Assembly: GCA_028534125.1 (NCBI GenBank)
Contig: CM052832.1
Coordinates: 12,834,001 to 12,898,000 of the forward strand
DNA from: Lama glama
Taxonomy: Eukaryota
Reading direction: 5' to 3'
Length of the DNA stretch: 64,000 bases
Shown here: positions 25,480 to 36,923 of the stretch, piece by piece
Numbering within the stretch: position 1 is the first letter of the stretch
Layout: each line of letters begins with the position of its first letter
Made by a program: the position numbers and the translations under genes
The notes under the pieces: model-generated
Databases searched by the model: none
What the model was told of the DNA's origin: nothing
What the model saw: only the letters and a program-made list of their open reading frames with translations

Positions 25480-27240
25480 CAAGAGAACAGTGGCTCAAGG
25501 GACTCTCACTCACTGCTGGTAGGGATATAAAGTGATACGACCACTTCAAAAGCAGTTTGGCCATATCTAGGAAGAACAAAATATGCATTCCTTAAAACTC
25601 CGTATTTTCATTCCCAAATATTTATCTTAAGAGAAATACATACATATTGTGTATCAGGAAATACATATAAAACTATTCATAGCATGATTATTCCTTTTAA
25701 CCCCAAACTAGAAATAACCCAAGTGTCCATCAACACAGAAATAAACCATCATATGTTCATGTAATAGAATACTTTACAGCAACGTAAATATATGGAGTAA
25801 GGCTGCAAGCAATGGGAATAATATTACAAATGTCATGTTGAGCAAACAAAACAAAACAAAAAAACAAGCAAAGAATGAAAGAGTAAACACCGTGTGAGTC
25901 TATTTATATACACTTCAAAAACTGGCAAAAAATGATTTCTGTTGTTTAGGGATGCATCCACAATCGTAACACTATAAAGAAAGCAAGGAGTGATTAACAT
26001 AAAAGGATGTGGTTATCTCTGGAGGGGAGGAAGAAGGTGTGATAGAGAAAAGACAAAAGGAGGCTTCAGGGGGAGGGGTTCACTTTGTGATTACTCAAGT
26101 TATTGTACCACACAATTGTTTCATGTACTTTTCTGTAATAGAGTGACCCGAGAATAATATATCAAGCCAAAGTGTTGTTTAAGTACAAAGATGACAGAAA
26201 AGCATGTTTCAACATGTAAGAACTCAGGCAATATACTCTCCTTGACTCCTTCCTGATGAAACTACTAGAGGAAAAACGTCAATGAACAACGAAATAAATG
26301 GAGGAATGATGGCAAAAGGACTGATGGAGAGCACTTAATTGATTTAACCTTAAGACTAAGTCTTAACTTTGAGGCTTTATGGTTGCAGAGGAGAATGCAA
26401 AAATAATGTAATTGGCAAATGTTAAAATGGGAAGGAAGAAAGAAATAGACAAATAAGTACATGGATTTCTTCATCTTTCACTGACAAGGCTCAAAAGATA
26501 TTTAAAGCTGACAGCTCAAGTAATATAGGTCTAAGTATATTTTAAGATACAAAATAAAACTAAGAAAAATAACATAATCAACTAAAAGCAGATGGGAAGG
26601 AGGAAGGAAATATAACTACAAATTTCATCATTGCTCATAGTAGGGAGTCAATAGACATTATCTGAAGAAACATGGTAAAATTTACACAGTATCACTAGAA
26701 TAAAAAGATAAACCTTTCAAATCATCAGAATATAGACATGAACATCCACCTTCCAAAGCAAGTACAGTCCTTACAGTGAAAGTTTGTTAAAGAAAATATT
26801 AAAAATAGAACTAAAACCAAAGATAGTAGTCATTTCAATAAACATAAATGGGCTCAACTCACCTATTAAAAGAAAAAGGGTTATTAACAACAGGATTAGT
26901 TAAATAAATTATATATGTCTGTTAAAAAGAATGAGGCAGTTCTATATCCACTGACATAAAACATTTATTGAAAAAGATGCAGAATTGCATGCATAATAAT
27001 GCCTCCATTTTTGTAAAAATCTTTAAAATAAAGCATATCCACATATTTATGTATGATTAGGTCTATGTATTTATAGAGCATCTTCGAAAGAACACACAAG
27101 ACACCAGTAGCAGTGGTTTGAAAGAGGAACCAGATGACTGGAGGGCCACGTGGCAGAGACTCAGTTTTCAGTGCAAACCTTTTTGTACCTTCCTGAACTA
27201 GTATTGTGTATATGATCATCTTTTTAAGAAATAAATTAAG
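25480..27240 (+). mobile_element. Cluster of old L1 (L1MC/ME-like) fragments
   Basis: aacccaagtgtccatcaaca and taaatgggctcaactcacctattaaaaga (ORF2 EN start) in A-rich context. Confidence 0.65.
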
Positions 27241-29861
27241 CAATCTTAAGAGGGTTGGGAGGCTTCAATGGGACAATGTGTCAAAAGCCCTTTAGCACAA
27301 TTCCTGCAGGTAGTAACACTAGCAGGCAGTGAGGTGAATGCTGCCTGACACACACTCAGTGCTCAAGAAATGTTGGTTTTCTCCCTCCTTCCAATTTTTA
27401 TAATTTATTCCTTACCCAACATTTAGAACATAGAACAAGTTCATCAAGTACCTACCTTGACATAACAGATGTGATCCTAAAGTGGCTTTTAAATAAAAAT
27501 GTAGTCAATGCTATCACTTTCACATTGATTTCTACTAAGATTCCAAAGAGAATATTCTTGTGTACGACTGTTAGTTATAGATACGGCCCTGAACTTTTCA
27601 GCTGTAAGAATCTCTATTTCCTATACTGCTCTGGAAGGTCAAGTAATTTGTAAACAAACCATTATATATACTACTACAGAAGTACAAACAATACAACTTG
27701 AATGTGTTTATAGTTTCCTAGGCAGAGGAAAAGGAGCTAGAAAATAAGAGGGATCAAAGAATACAGGAAAGCTGGGCTCAGAGAGAAAAAGCTTAGCCAA
27801 AACAAAAAGCACAAACAAACTAGAAAACCCAAAGGGCCACTGATTTGTATTTTAATGTTTGCAAATACTCTAAGGTGAGTACACTTCAACTCTCCAAGTC
27901 CACAAGCGTCTATGTAAGTAAAATACAAAGATCAGAGGATATACTTTGCAGGAAGATCTCAATGGGTCAGTTAAGTCAGGTGACTGAGTAGAAAAATAAG
28001 AGAGGATCCTTAGGTTCTCTCCATAAAAGAGTATTGCCACCTTGCTAGTAATCCTTGCAGGAAAAAAGCAATCCTAATTGTGCAGGCTTAAGAGCCAAAG
28101 ACCATGAATTACTTTCCAGGAAAGGGATCTTAAAATCATGGTAGACTATTTTTAAAGATGTCAGCCCAATGTGCTGGCACAGCCAGAAAGGACAAGATAA
28201 GTGATGGACTTCATCAGCAAAGGGATCAGAGCCTAAATTGAATTTGTTAACATATTCTTGAACTAAACCATAATGTATCTGTACCTGGAACACTTTGTAT
28301 AATTTATCAGTTTATTGAATTTCAAAAAGGAGAGGAAAGAAGTTAAAAAAGGAAGAGAAACCAGGATGATCACAGAGATTAAATGAAGACAGACAGAAAA
28401 AGCCTGGTGATTAAGGTGCTTAATTTCCTGGCATTTATAATTCACCTATCAGTCTGTACCATCCCATTCCTCCCAAACCCAAACTCAACTCTAGGGCAGG
28501 CTGGTCTCCACTTTGCCTTCCAAACATACCTTAAATACTAAACTCCATTTTCAAAATCATATCCATCCTGAAACATTCCCTTCAAATTCTACACGCCCCT
28601 CTATGAGACCTCCTCCAAGCCTATCCCCAACATCCACTACGCCATGCCTTCTCTGATTCCCTAAAATACAGAAATCAGGGCTTAGATTGCTTTTTAAAAA
28701 ACAAACTATTTTTCAAAGTAAACTAGACTTAAATCTTAATATAAGGTACACCCAGGTAAGTGCTCAACACCTACGAAGGAAATAAGACATTATCGCCTTG
28801 AAATAGTAGCAGAACCTTCCCTCCCTTCCAAGGAAACCATTTTGTTGAATCTGGTATTTTTCACACTTTTTTTACATTTTCTATGTATGTATCCCTAAAT
28901 GATATACAGTATTATTTTCCGTGTTTTTAAACCTTTATATAAATGGTATCACATTGTATACATGACTTACTTTGATACTAAATCATAAATGCTACTTTAA
29001 ATATGACTTAATTTCATGGCTGGCTGATCTCTCCAACACAAATTTAAAATACATTTGCTCTACCAAAAGTGTAAGAAGAGTTTAATTCACATTTTTCAAA
29101 CACAAAGAAAAGTACAGAGAAAAATATAACAAACATCCATGAACCCATCATTCTTTTTTAACAAATGTGTTAACACTTACCACATTTCTTTATTTTTTTT
29201 TCACACTTCCTTTTTTAAGAAAATAAAGCATCAGAAAGACTTCTAAAGTCCCAGTTGCAGTTCCCAGTCCCATTCCCCTATCTCCCCAAGAGATAATCAC
29301 TATCCTAAAGTGGGTATGAAATCCTTCCCATCTGTTTTTATACTTTTACATATATTCATGTATCCATAAACAACATACAATTTTTTTATGTTTTAAAACT
29401 TTACATAAAAGACTGTACACTGTACATATCGGTCTACATCTTGTTTTCCTCACTTAACAATGTGTTTTCACCCAGCTCTGCTTAAGTCTTCCTGATTATG
29501 AAAGTAACATATGCCAAGTGGAAAAACCGGAAAGACAATAACACGCAGCATCCTCACCAGGGGAAGCTGCAGTGCCAAATGGATTTTCAGCTTCTAGAGA
29601 GCAGTGGTGGCGCCACATCTCTTTCTGGAGTCCCCTCACCACCTGGCAGAGTGTGACACACACCAGCAGGCACTTAACAATACCTAGTGAGTCAAGACTG
29701 GAACGCTACAAAACCCAGGCCTCTGTTTAAGCTGACTCCTGTCTGGCTAGACCTGAAAACAAGAGGCAATCACACTGCATATGCAGAGAAAAGAATGCCA
29801 CGGCTGTGCTGCAGCTAAGACAAAATACAGCAAAAACCCGCGTCAACCTCCATCATTCTAT

Positions 29862-30025
29862 TTAATATTTTTCCTTATTTATTTATTTACCATTGTATTA
29901 TTTATTTTATTTTGGTAAGGGTGGGAGAGGTAATAGGTTTACTCTTAGAGGAGGTACAGAGGATTGAACCCAGGACCTCATGCATGCTAAGTATGCATTC
30001 TACCACTGAGCTATACCCTTCCCCC
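29862..30025 (-). mobile_element. tRNA-Ala-derived camelid-type SINE (Vic-1-like)
   Basis: Reverse complement of GGGTATAGCTCAGTGGTAGA...GGTCCTGGGTTCAATCC with Pol III A/B boxes, an acct-attacc body and an A-rich tail. Confidence 0.85.
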
Positions 30026-31149
30026 TCATTCTCTTTAATAAACCAACACCATGGTTTATTAAAGAATGTATCGGCATAGCTGGTTTACATAGTCGGAACA
30101 GTGCAAAAAGCTTGATAGGAAAAGTCAACAGGTGTTTGTTCAGTGCTGACAGAGGAGCTAAAGCAAACATGGGAACAGAGCTATCCAATTTAAAGCCAAA
30201 CATGCTGGCAATCAATGCAGGTTCACATCCTCACTCGATGGAAGTCTTCCAGAACTGGGGATCTATGCTGTTTCAGTGATAATTTAGCATCACCCAGTCA
30301 CTGACTTTATTAGTAAAGCATTTCCAAGCTAAGACTAGGTTGTGATATACCTGCCCAGACAGGCTGAAACCATTACCCCAAGTCTATCAGATTCATCAAT
30401 GCTATGAAAAATGACCAATGACAGAGAAGGTTTCAGTTAAAAATCTATGGGCTCCTAAGTAATTCAAGTATTACTCTTCTCAACTTCACTGAATGTTAAA
30501 ATAGCTCCTTGACTTTAACAATAAACACTTTTGCTTAAAAAGAGGGAGAAGCCCTTCTCAGAAGGACCGGAAATAACAATGTGGGAAATGAACCAGGCTT
30601 TGAGTCACATTTGTCTCTCCTATTCCAAGTCTCAGCCACATCATTTCACTGAAGCGTCCGCACACACCTGGACAGAGTGCATCTTAATCTTAGCAGAGAC
30701 TGAGGGAAGGGGGAAGCAGTATTAGGAAGAGTGTGGACCAGAAGTCAAGAAATCCGCAGTGTGATTTGGGGCAAGTCATCTTCCCTCTCTGGCCTCAGCT
30801 TCCTCACCGGCAGTGCTCTTAGAGTCGAATTCTAACATTCTACAGTTTCATGACACTCATGATGATCAGCGAGGTCAGCAATTCACTACTTTCAAAAGCA
30901 CTAGATGGAAAAGCCCACCTTTGGTGTCCCCTCCCCCAGTCTACTCCCACCTATCAATCATGCCTGTGTGAGTGACAAAGCAAAAGAGAATTATCCACTG
31001 ATTCGAGCAGGTGTTATTAAGTTCAAATTTAACACACCTTCAGAACTGGGAAGAGCCTTAGAGCTAACTTAATCCAAACCTCTCATCTCATAGATCAGGA
31101 AACTGAGCTTGCAGTAGTTAGTACTCTGTCCTAAAACATGGCTTCTTCT

Positions 31150-32270
31150 CTTAGGATATGACACCACAATCTTAGCTGATCACCTAAGCCAGGAACCTGA
31201 GACACTTCTTTGGCACCTCCTTCTCTCTTACTTCCCAAATCCAATTATTTACCAAGCCCTGGAGATATTCCCAAATTTGTCCTCTATTGCCATTGCCCTA
31301 TTCCAAGCCATCATGGCTTTTCCTTCTACTAATTGCAGTAGCCTCCTAACTACAGTTGACCTTTGAACAACGGAGGTTAGAGGCACCAATTCTACTCACA
31401 GTTGAAAATCTGGGTATAACTTTACAGTCGGCCCTCCATATCCATGGTTCTGCATCCATGGATTCAACCAACCGACGATTGTGCAGTACTGTAGTATGAA
31501 ATCTGTGTATAGGTGGACCCGCATAGTTCAAACCTGTGTGGTTCAAGGGTCAACTGACACTCTGATGGGGGACAAGGGGATTGAATGTTTGGAAATGTGT
31601 AAGTGTATGTGGAAAGGATGTTTGTCCCAATGACTGATGGGCCTTCTAAGGGCCAGATATTAAATACAGCCTAGTACAACCCAGAATTCACCCACCTAAA
31701 ACACCAGCTGTGTGTCCCCATCCCTGACCATTGAAAACAATGGTCCAAGCCATTTTCCTCAGGGTAGCCAGAATGGAATTTTTATAAATGCAAATTGGAT
31801 TGTGTCACAGCTCCAATCTTCTAATGGCATCCCACTGCTGTTGGGAGAAAGATCAGTCCTTAACTTGGCCTATCTTTCCAACCATGAAGGGCCTGGAAGG
31901 CTTAAGAGAGTTTGAGGTGTCTGTAGAGGGGCAAGAAGAGAAGCAGGAAAACCAATTAGGAACATACAACAGTATTCCAGGCAAGAGAGGACTCAGTTTG
32001 ATCCTGGTCGTAGGGGTAGAAGTGGTGGGAACAGCTCAGATTCAGGATATATTTTGACGAGCCCACAGGACTTACTGATGACTTGGATGTGGCAGAGAGA
32101 AAAAACAATCAGACATTAGGATTTTTGACCTGAGGAACTTGGTGAATGGTGGCACCATTAAATGAGATGGAAAGAATAGTTTTGTGTGAGTAGGCAGACA
32201 TGGAAAACAAGAGTTCTGCTTAGATGTGTTAAGTGAGAGATGCCTATTAGACAGCAAAGCAGAGATGCAT
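31150..32270. mobile_element. Two oppositely oriented L2 fragments (+ about 31150-31870, split by the Tigger MITE; - about 31890-32270)
   Basis: ttgcagtagcctcctaact on the plus strand and homologous ccaattagga...gaatggtggcaccatt in reverse. Confidence 0.65.
31353..31556. mobile_element. Tigger2-family non-autonomous DNA transposon (MITE)
   Basis: Terminal inverted repeats cagttgacctttgaac ... gttcaagggtcaactg; TA at the left flank. Confidence 0.85.
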
Positions 32271-32350
32271 TAATTGTTTAGTATCCAGACGGCAAAAGCT
32301 CCCAGCACCAGAAATCAGGTTTCTTTCAGTCTAACTCACGGCTCTTTTCT

Positions 32351-32531
32351 CAGTGGTTCTCAAAGTGCAGCTCCCAGATTAGCAGCAGCAGCACTCCTTG
32401 GGAACTTCTTAAAAGCTCAGCTTCTCAGGTCCCACCTCAGACCTGCTGAATCAGAAATTCTGGAAGCAGGGCTTAGCAATCTATGTTTTAACGAGCCCTC
32501 CAGGTGACTCACTGAAGTTTGAGAACCACTG
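32351..32531. mobile_element. MER5A hAT-Charlie DNA transposon
   Basis: TIRs cagtggttctcaaa ... tttgagaaccactg. Confidence 0.85.
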
Positions 32532-32779
32532 CTCAAAATCATACTTCTCATCGCTAATGAATACCTGACAGCCACAGTGACCCTGCATTAGGCTTCTTTG
32601 TGCCTCCATAAACCCTCTGCCTAATTAGCAATATGTGGTATTTTTTCCACTGAGGACTCATCGGGGGCTCTAGTCATATCACTGATCAAAGCTTTTCAAT
32701 TTCTGTTTCAGAAACTAGAGAAAGTAGGAAAAACAAATAAAAATAAGAGCTACTGTAACCACAGCTATCATTTTCACAA

Positions 32780-32988
32780 TGGCTAATATCATTGAGTACA
32801 TTCTATGCACTTTCTATGCATTATCTCATTTAATCCTCATAACAGCCTTATAAGGTAGATACTCTGTCCCCATTTTACAGATAAGGTGACTAAGGCAGAG
32901 GTTAACTTGCCCAAGGTCACACAGTTAGAAAGTGGCAGAGCTAAGATTTGAAACCAGGCAGTCAGGTTCCATAGTTTGTATTCTTTTC
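32780..32988 (-). mobile_element. MIR SINE (continues at about 33406-33445 beyond the L1 insertion)
   Basis: cccattttacagataagg...aacttgcccaaggtcacacag...gatttgaaaccaggcagtc. Confidence 0.8.
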
Positions 32989-32991
32989 CCC

Positions 32992-33400
32992 TTTTTTGGA
33001 GATATAATTGACATATAACATTGTGTAAGTTTAAGATGTATGTTGTGTTGATTTAATACATTTACATATAGCCAGTCCTCCTAATCTGCAGATGGGTGCA
33101 GAACCCACAGATATGGAGTGCCTGCCACTTTATATAAGGGACTTGAGCATCTGCAGCTTTTGGTATCTGAGGGGGTCCTGTAACCAATCCCCCACAGACA
33201 CAGATTGTATTGCGATATGATTACCACTGTAGCGTTGGCTAACACCTCTGCCATGTCACATAATTATCATCTCTTCTTTGTATTGAGAACAATTAAGATC
33301 TAGTCTCTTAGCAATTTCGAAGTTTATAACACAGTGTTGTTGACTATAATCACTATGCTGTCCATTAGCTCTCCAGAACTTATTTATCTACTAGTTTCAA
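32992..33400 (-). mobile_element. L1MA-type 3' end, interrupted by a Tigger/MER2-type element
   Basis: ttttttggagatataattgacatataacattgtgtaagtttaag ... ctccagaacttatt. Confidence 0.8.
33071..33208. mobile_element. TcMar-Tigger (MER2-like) non-autonomous DNA transposon
   Basis: ttatataagggacttgagcatc...ttttggtatctgagggggtcctgtaaccaatccccca resembles the MER2 terminus; TA dinucleotides at the flanks. Confidence 0.7.
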
Positions 33401-33544
33401 GTTTTCAGAGCCTGATTCTTAACTACATAGTACATACTGCCTCCTGTCTTCCTAGGCATCCACACAAGGACCATTTGATGTACTAAGTACATGGGGCTCT
33501 TATGAATAACTGAGAGAACTTAAAAAGGTGCTTAATTCCATCAA

Positions 33545-34110
33545 AATACCATATGACCCAGCAACTCCACCCCTACATAATAGTCAAAAGAATGGAAAAC
33601 ATACATTCATGCAGAAACTGGCACATGAATTTCATTGTATATTCATAATAACCAAAAAAGTGGAAACAACCCTAATGTCCATCAACTGATGAATGGATAA
33701 ACAAAATGAGGTACATCCATACAATGGAACGTTATTTAGCCGTAAAATACTGATACATGCTACAACATGAAGAAGCCTTGAAAACATTATGCTTAATAAA
33801 AGAAGCCAGTCATAAAAGGCCTCATATCACATTATTCCATTTATATGAAATGTTCAGATAGGTAAGTCCATAGAAACAGAAAGATTAGTGGTTGCTAGGG
33901 GCTGTAAGGAGTGGAGGATGGGGAGTGACCACTAATGGATGCCAGCTTTCTTCTGGGGGTGATGAAAATGTTCTGAAATGAGTGGTGATGGCTGCACAAA
34001 ACCAGCTACACTCTAGACAAACATTTTAAATACCACTGAACTGTACACTTTAAAAGGGTGACTTTTTATGACATGTGAATTGTATCTCAATAAAGTTGTT
34101 ATTTTACAAA
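33545..34110 (+). mobile_element. L1MB-type 3' end
   Basis: catatgacccagcaactccac...gtccatcaactgatgaatggataaacaaaatg...gaactgtacactttaaaa...tctcaataaag. Confidence 0.88.
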
Positions 34111-34649
34111 AGGATGTTTAATTCATTTTGAACTTTGGCTATTTTACTACATAAAATTCCCATTTGTTGTAATTAAGGTTACTGGATCATGACCAAAGAA
34201 ACTGAAAGTAATCTGCCACTACTTTGAATTTTTACCTTTCAATTTGCAAAGAATAAACTAGTTTCACTTCTAGGTTGCCATGGACCTAGACACAGTTATC
34301 TGTGTCATTTCCCCACTCAGAGAAAGTTTTCCTTCACTAAGACTGAAAGGGTACGAACGCAAAAGCTCTATTCTTGAAAAAATCTCCCAATAGTTTCCTT
34401 AAATCAAAGCACTTTCTATCTAAAAGAACTTTAGTTTTTCTCCCATAAATAGGGGCTCCTGGGACCTCCCTGCTAAAAGCATACCAATAAACAATATCTC
34501 TCTTCAACAAGCAAGGTACTAAAAACTATTATGCATTGTGGCAAAATTTTAATGCCTTAAGATAAACAATGAACATGCCTACTACTGGAGTAAGGATCAG
34601 AAAAACATTCTTTCAAATGTTTACTTTCTCTAATAACAACAGTCATACT

Positions 34650-34875
34650 AATAACTAGTATTTATTGAGCAACTATAATGTGCTAAATAAACACTGTCCT
34701 AGGTTCTTTGCAAACAGGATGTTTAATTCAGCCCTTACAGGAACCTTGAGGAAAGTATTTTTGTCCTTATTTCACAGATAAGGAAACTGAGGCCTAGAGA
34801 GATGAAGTAAATCATTTGTCCTTGGTCACACAGATAAGAGTCCAATAATAATCCAAGTCTTCCTGAACTCAAATG
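34650..34875 (-). mobile_element. MIR SINE
   Basis: cagataaggaaactgaggcctagagagatgaagtaa. Confidence 0.7.
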
Positions 34876-36517
34876 TTCTCTCCCCTACCCCTCTACACTC
34901 TTCTTCAAAATTTAAAAAAAAAAAAGGAAGCCAGAAACTTGAAGAAAGTGAAAAGATTCCCCTTCCCATCTCACAAAAGTAGTGCTCTGCAAAAAGCTGA
35001 CTGTTCCTATAGTTCAAAAGGGGAAATGTGGAAAACAAAAATTGTTAATAATGACCAGCAGTCAGAAGGCACAAAAGAATATGCCATCTCCCACATCTCA
35101 AACACTGCTTCCTGATTTAACAGTTTTCCCATAGATTCTGATTATAACCTTAGGATATCAAAATTTAATGATCTCACCATGGAAAACCCCAGAGAACAGC
35201 AGTTAGTGAGACTGGAGAGCTCCCTACACCAGGAAGGAAAAGGAATCAGAAGGCAGGAAGTGGTGCCTATCTAAAAACACAGAAATCTTTAGCATTAATA
35301 TTTTATTTTATTTTATTTTATTTTTAAGCATTAGTATTAACACTGATTCTAAAGCACTTTGATCTGAAGCTATTTCTGCATTCCTTTGCACCGTTTTAAT
35401 ACTGTATTACTAAAAACTGATTCCCATATTTCTAATAGGATCCTAAATAAGACTGTTATATAGCCACCACTGACCCTCATGTCTCTCTTCCTGGTTAAAA
35501 AAACAAAAAACAAGCCACAGGTTTAAAAGATTATCCATAAATCAGTTAGGAAAGGTAGCACGTGGGGCCAATCAAACATGAATTTCGTCATCAAGTAGAC
35601 TGTGGCTGGCAGAAATCTTGAATTTAAGACTGAAACATACACTCCTCCCTTTACTTCTCAGATCTGCCCCAAACAAACTGAAACTATAAACCAACAGCAG
35701 ATTTATGAATGTACAATTCCTTAGGGTCTCAACAGATACTAAAAAGGGGGTAGGGGGTGGGAGTGTAGAGTAGAAGTCTGCTCTCCAACTAAACAACTCC
35801 AGAACGAATTTAGTGCAACTGCACAAGAAGAAAATTACAACACAGAGGGGAAGAGGTCACTCGGGGTTGAACAAATCCTTAGAAGATGCTAAAGAAATAA
35901 TCTCAATGCTAGGTCACCCTGTAATAATTCCTAATGGGAAAAGGCCCGCTCAAGATAAAGTAAGGTCGGGCTTAAGAATTTTCCTCACTTTTCTTGTCCA
36001 GATGGTCCCAAGCTCCCACCAGAACCTATTGGGAGTCCAGGAGAAAAATTCATACGTGCAGAGCTGGGGGAGCGAAGGAAGGCGCATCCTCGTGCACAAC
36101 CACCTGTGCGTGACAGAGACCCCCCCACCCCCCACCCCAAGAAGGAGTTCTGTCTAAAGTGAGAAGCAGCTCTGGGAATGGCCTTCCCAACCCAGGACCG
36201 ACACTGGCTACTCACTTCTCAACTCCACTGTTCCGTTCTCCCTGACTTTACCAGCTCTCGGCTGCTGGCAGCCCCTCCAGAGCCCTGCACCCCCAGACCC
36301 AGGTCTGCTCCCACACCCAGGCATCTCCAAAGCTCCCTGCCCGCTTCTTTGCCTGACAGCTGTCCTGTCGTCACCAGGCAGCCCCAGCTTCCCCACCGCC
36401 CAGGTTCCCCAAACCAGCCTTCCTGGGTAGGTGGCGCCCCAGGCCCTCAGGATTTAGGGCTTAGGATCTGGAAGGGTTTGGTCCAATCCCCTCTTCCCCT
36501 CAGCGTCCTGGGCTCAC

Positions 36518-36573
36518 CTCCCCGGCAGCTTGGCGCTCCTCTTCCAAAACTGCTTGCTGTTGTCGGCGGCCAT
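36518..36573 (-). CDS. TBC1D22B: TBC1D22B coding exon 1 (MAADNSKQFWKRSAKLPG/S)
   Basis: ATG at 36573-36571 in gcaATGg context; donor AG|GTGAG after 36518; lies in the CpG island. Confidence 0.96.
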
Positions 36574-36681
36574 TGCTCTGGCCGTGGGAAGGCCTTGCAG
36601 GCGGGCCAGGGGGTTACCCAGCGAGATACCCCCAGGACCCCGCAATCGGAGGGCCAGCCCAGGCCGCGTCCCTGCCGCCGG

Positions 36682-36711
36682 TCACCCGCTCCCAGCTCCC
36701 GGGGGCGCCAT
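36682..36711 (-). other. Putative uORF MAPPGAGSG* in the TBC1D22B leader
   Basis: ccAAGATGG (A at -3, G at +4), 9 codons, then TGA; the ATG is 138 nt upstream of and in frame with the main ATG. Depends on the TSS lying upstream of 36711. Confidence 0.6.
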
Positions 36712-36829
36712 CTTGGATGTGGGCACCCTCCCACCCAGCGTCGCTGCCATTGGTGGGCTACGCAGGCCGTGGGCAAACGGACCAATCGTGAGCTGGAATC
36801 CTGCAGGCCGCTGAAGCCGAACGGTAACG

Positions 36830-36923
36830 TCAGGGGCTGGGCGCACAGGTGAACCGGGAAGGCGGAGCTTGGAGGAGCAGGGAGGCGGGGCTGAAAGTTC
36901 CTTAACCCAGACTGGAGAAGCAG
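36830..36923 (+). other. TMEM217: Candidate non-coding first exon of TMEM217
   Basis: Donor CAG|GTAAAG at 36923/36924 (alternative CAG|GTGAAC at 36848/36849) at the edge of the CpG island. The head-to-head arrangement is recalled from other mammals; the start position is not determinable. Confidence 0.4.

Larger units (their letters stand above)
1..36720 (-). other. TBC1D22B: TBC1D22B gene body (5' part: exons 1-8 and part of intron 8; continues left of the window)
   Basis: Eight minus-strand coding exons (56, 57, 308, 180, 71, 129, 66 nt and a partial exon 8) splice in one frame into MAADNSKQFWKRSAKLPGSIQPVYGAQHPPLDPRLTKNFIKERSK...IHIDIPRTNPLIPLFQQPLVQEIFERILFIWAIRHP. The TSS position is approximate. 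Confidence 0.96.

Noticed and set aside
36178-36852. 224-aa plus-strand ORF and other ORFs overlapping the CpG island
   Set aside because: Pro/Arg/Gly-rich product typical of stop-poor GC-rich DNA; it is antisense to TBC1D22B exon 1 and resembles no known protein.
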